DNA of 61,995 bases, filler included, from Catajapyx aquilonaris (taxonomy: Eukaryota), in NCBI GenBank assembly GCA_000934665.2. It is 3 parts of 3 records of this genome, joined end to end, with 100 filler letters (N's around TTAATTAATTAA, not from the genome) between each part and the next. Parts side by side here need not be neighbours in the genome. Positions count along the whole stretch, not along the records: positions 41,473 to 61,995 come from JYFJ02006243.1; 2 more parts are not named here. The stretch is one strand, 5' to 3'. Below the pieces are notes generated by a model that made no database searches, was not told the origin of the DNA, and was given only the letters and a program-made list of their open reading frames with translations. The translations under genes were made by a program, and so were the position numbers. This document shows positions 60,332 to 61,995 of this stretch, piece after piece. How positions within the stretch are numbered: the first letter of the stretch is position 1; each line of letters begins with the position of its first letter.

Positions 60332-60949
60332 CAGTGTTGGACATTAATGGCTGAGTACTTCCAGTGATACGTGCCGAGGTGGCGAAAAACCACATCAAAC
60401 CACGCATCCAGCCGATGAATAAAGATTGCATGGGGCAAATAAAAAAATTCTGTGACTCGAAACAGGCGTAATAGTTGATGTTTGCAGGCACTACTAGAAC
60501 ACCTCTTAACTGCTTCATCTTGATAAAAAGACAATGGGGCTGTGCAGACGGGCCAAGCTTGGCCGCGGCTGGCCGCGGCCCTGGCCAACTTTCAGGAAGT
60601 TGGCCCGTGGCCTGGCCGTGGCGTTGCTAGGGGGCCCCTAGGTGTGAACCGTCGCGGCCGCGGCCAGCCGCGGCTAAGCTTGGCCCGTCTGCACGGCCCC
60701 ATTGCTTATACTAGTCACATGCATGATCTTATCATGTCACTGGCTCAAAATGGTGAAAAAATGCAATGACATTAATTTTTCCCTCCCTGGCTCCCCCCAA
60801 TGTGTTTTGAACAAGCGCAACACGTGACGTCACCCAGCAGGGCAATCAGATCTTTATTGAATGGCTCGATGCATGGTTTTATGTGAGGTTTTTTTCTGCC
60901 ACCTCGGCAGATGTTGTTGGAGGTATTCGACCATTAATGTCCAGCACTG
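60332..60949. mobile_element. Tc1/mariner-type MITE with about 95-bp imperfect TIRs, containing a nested element
   Basis: CAGTGTTGGACATTAATGG...TGCCGAGGTGGC...AATAAAGAT is mirrored at 60850-60949. TA at 60330-60331 and 60950-60951. Confidence 0.82.
60536..60700. mobile_element. GC-rich palindromic MITE (Harbinger-like), nested
   Basis: 45-bp arms GGGGCYGTGCAGACGGGCCAAGCTTRGCCGCGGCTGGCCGCGGCC (2 mismatches). TSD ambiguous (AAT/ATT). Confidence 0.8.
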
Positions 60950-61006
60950 TACAGTTTACTACAAAAATTACAATGAATAAAACAATCAAGATAATCATTC
61001 TAATTA

Positions 61007-61579
61007 CAGTAAAACTTCTATAAGTCGAACTTCCCTAAGTCGAAGAAAATGATGAGCTTGGTTGGTCATAATGTAAAATAATAGGAAATAAACTTCCCTA
61101 ACTCGAAGTTCTTCATAACTCGAAGTGCAGGCAAGGCCTTACCATGGGATATGAATGCATTTTCAGTCTCCCTAAGTCGAAGTTCATGTTGGCGAGTACA
61201 GAAATGTTCTCATTTCCCAGCCGAGGGGTCGAGAGTAGGCCACATGTACAGAAAGGCTCAATTTCCTGATCTCCGTCTACCAGATGACGGAAACAAGTGT
61301 TTGGCTCGATTGTGACAATTGAACCCTTGAATCAAAGAGTAGGCAAATGTGCATAACTGAGTTTTTTTTTTTTTACAACAAATAAACAACTAGGAACATT
61401 GCAAGTGTGATAGTGACAGTTATTTTAAAGTTTTGAACACCTTTCGTCGCTGGAAATAAAGGTAGGATTCGTTTTAGAGTTCTGTGCTTAAAAAAAGTCA
61501 AACTTCACTAACTTGAATCTTCAATAACTCGAAGTTTTTTTCCGGTCCCATGGAGATTGGACTTATAGAAGTTTTACTG
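61007..61579. mobile_element. Tigger-like MITE (573 bp)
   Basis: Perfect 20-bp TIR CAGTAAAACTTCTATAAGTC, TA duplication and internal TAASTCGAA repeats. Confidence 0.88.
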
Positions 61580-61995
61580 TACATCAAATGTGTTGAGACA
61601 ACATAGAAAACATAATAGTGTATGAGGGACATAAATAATAATCTTCGAAAAAGATCATAAAAGCTAACTCAGAGTACTTTTTGCTGCCACACAAAATTAG
61701 TGTTCTTGGAATTTACACTTTGAATCAAATTAAACATGGAATGACTTGAGTTTCTGATCTCGCTGACAGTTTCACTAAGAAACCAGCAGTAATTGGCCAT
61801 CACTGGAACATCCTATGTGTCTTGGTTTTGCTTCTTTGGTATGGGTATTCCAAAATATACCAAGAATACCAGATATACAGGATGGGTGGGAAGTAAGCAG
61901 GCACTGGGAAATGGCTGTAACTTCTATAGTTTTAATGCGAAGATAATGAAAATAACGTGTACATACACGTCACGAAATAGGATTCCATAATTGGC

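Overview
This is animal genomic DNA, most likely arthropod, not a prokaryotic locus. Two identical 100-bp artificial linkers (N44-TTAATTAATTAA-N44 at 20738-20837 and 41373-41472) join three pieces of about 20.5 kb, so adjacency across them is not biological. Piece 1 (1-20737) has no recognisable gene and looks like intronic or regulatory DNA. Piece 2 holds a complete 6-exon L-xylulose reductase gene (DCXR, +) and the 3' 11 exons of a stranded-at-second receptor gene (sas, -). It also has a candidate divergent, uORF-rich spliced leader and many MITEs. Piece 3 holds the 3' end of a transglutaminase (+), an intronless MpaB/DUF2236-like oxygenase (+) and 21 exons of VWA8 (-). A spliced antisense orphan gene is nested in a VWA8 intron, and a MITE cluster follows. 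The most notable observations are a tailless 5'-half tRNA-Met retro-insertion with a 13-bp target-site duplication in DCXR intron 1, the nested antisense gene, and two consecutive GC-AG introns in VWA8. I found no convincing new multi-gene system. Family assignments come from recalled motifs; no database search was run.
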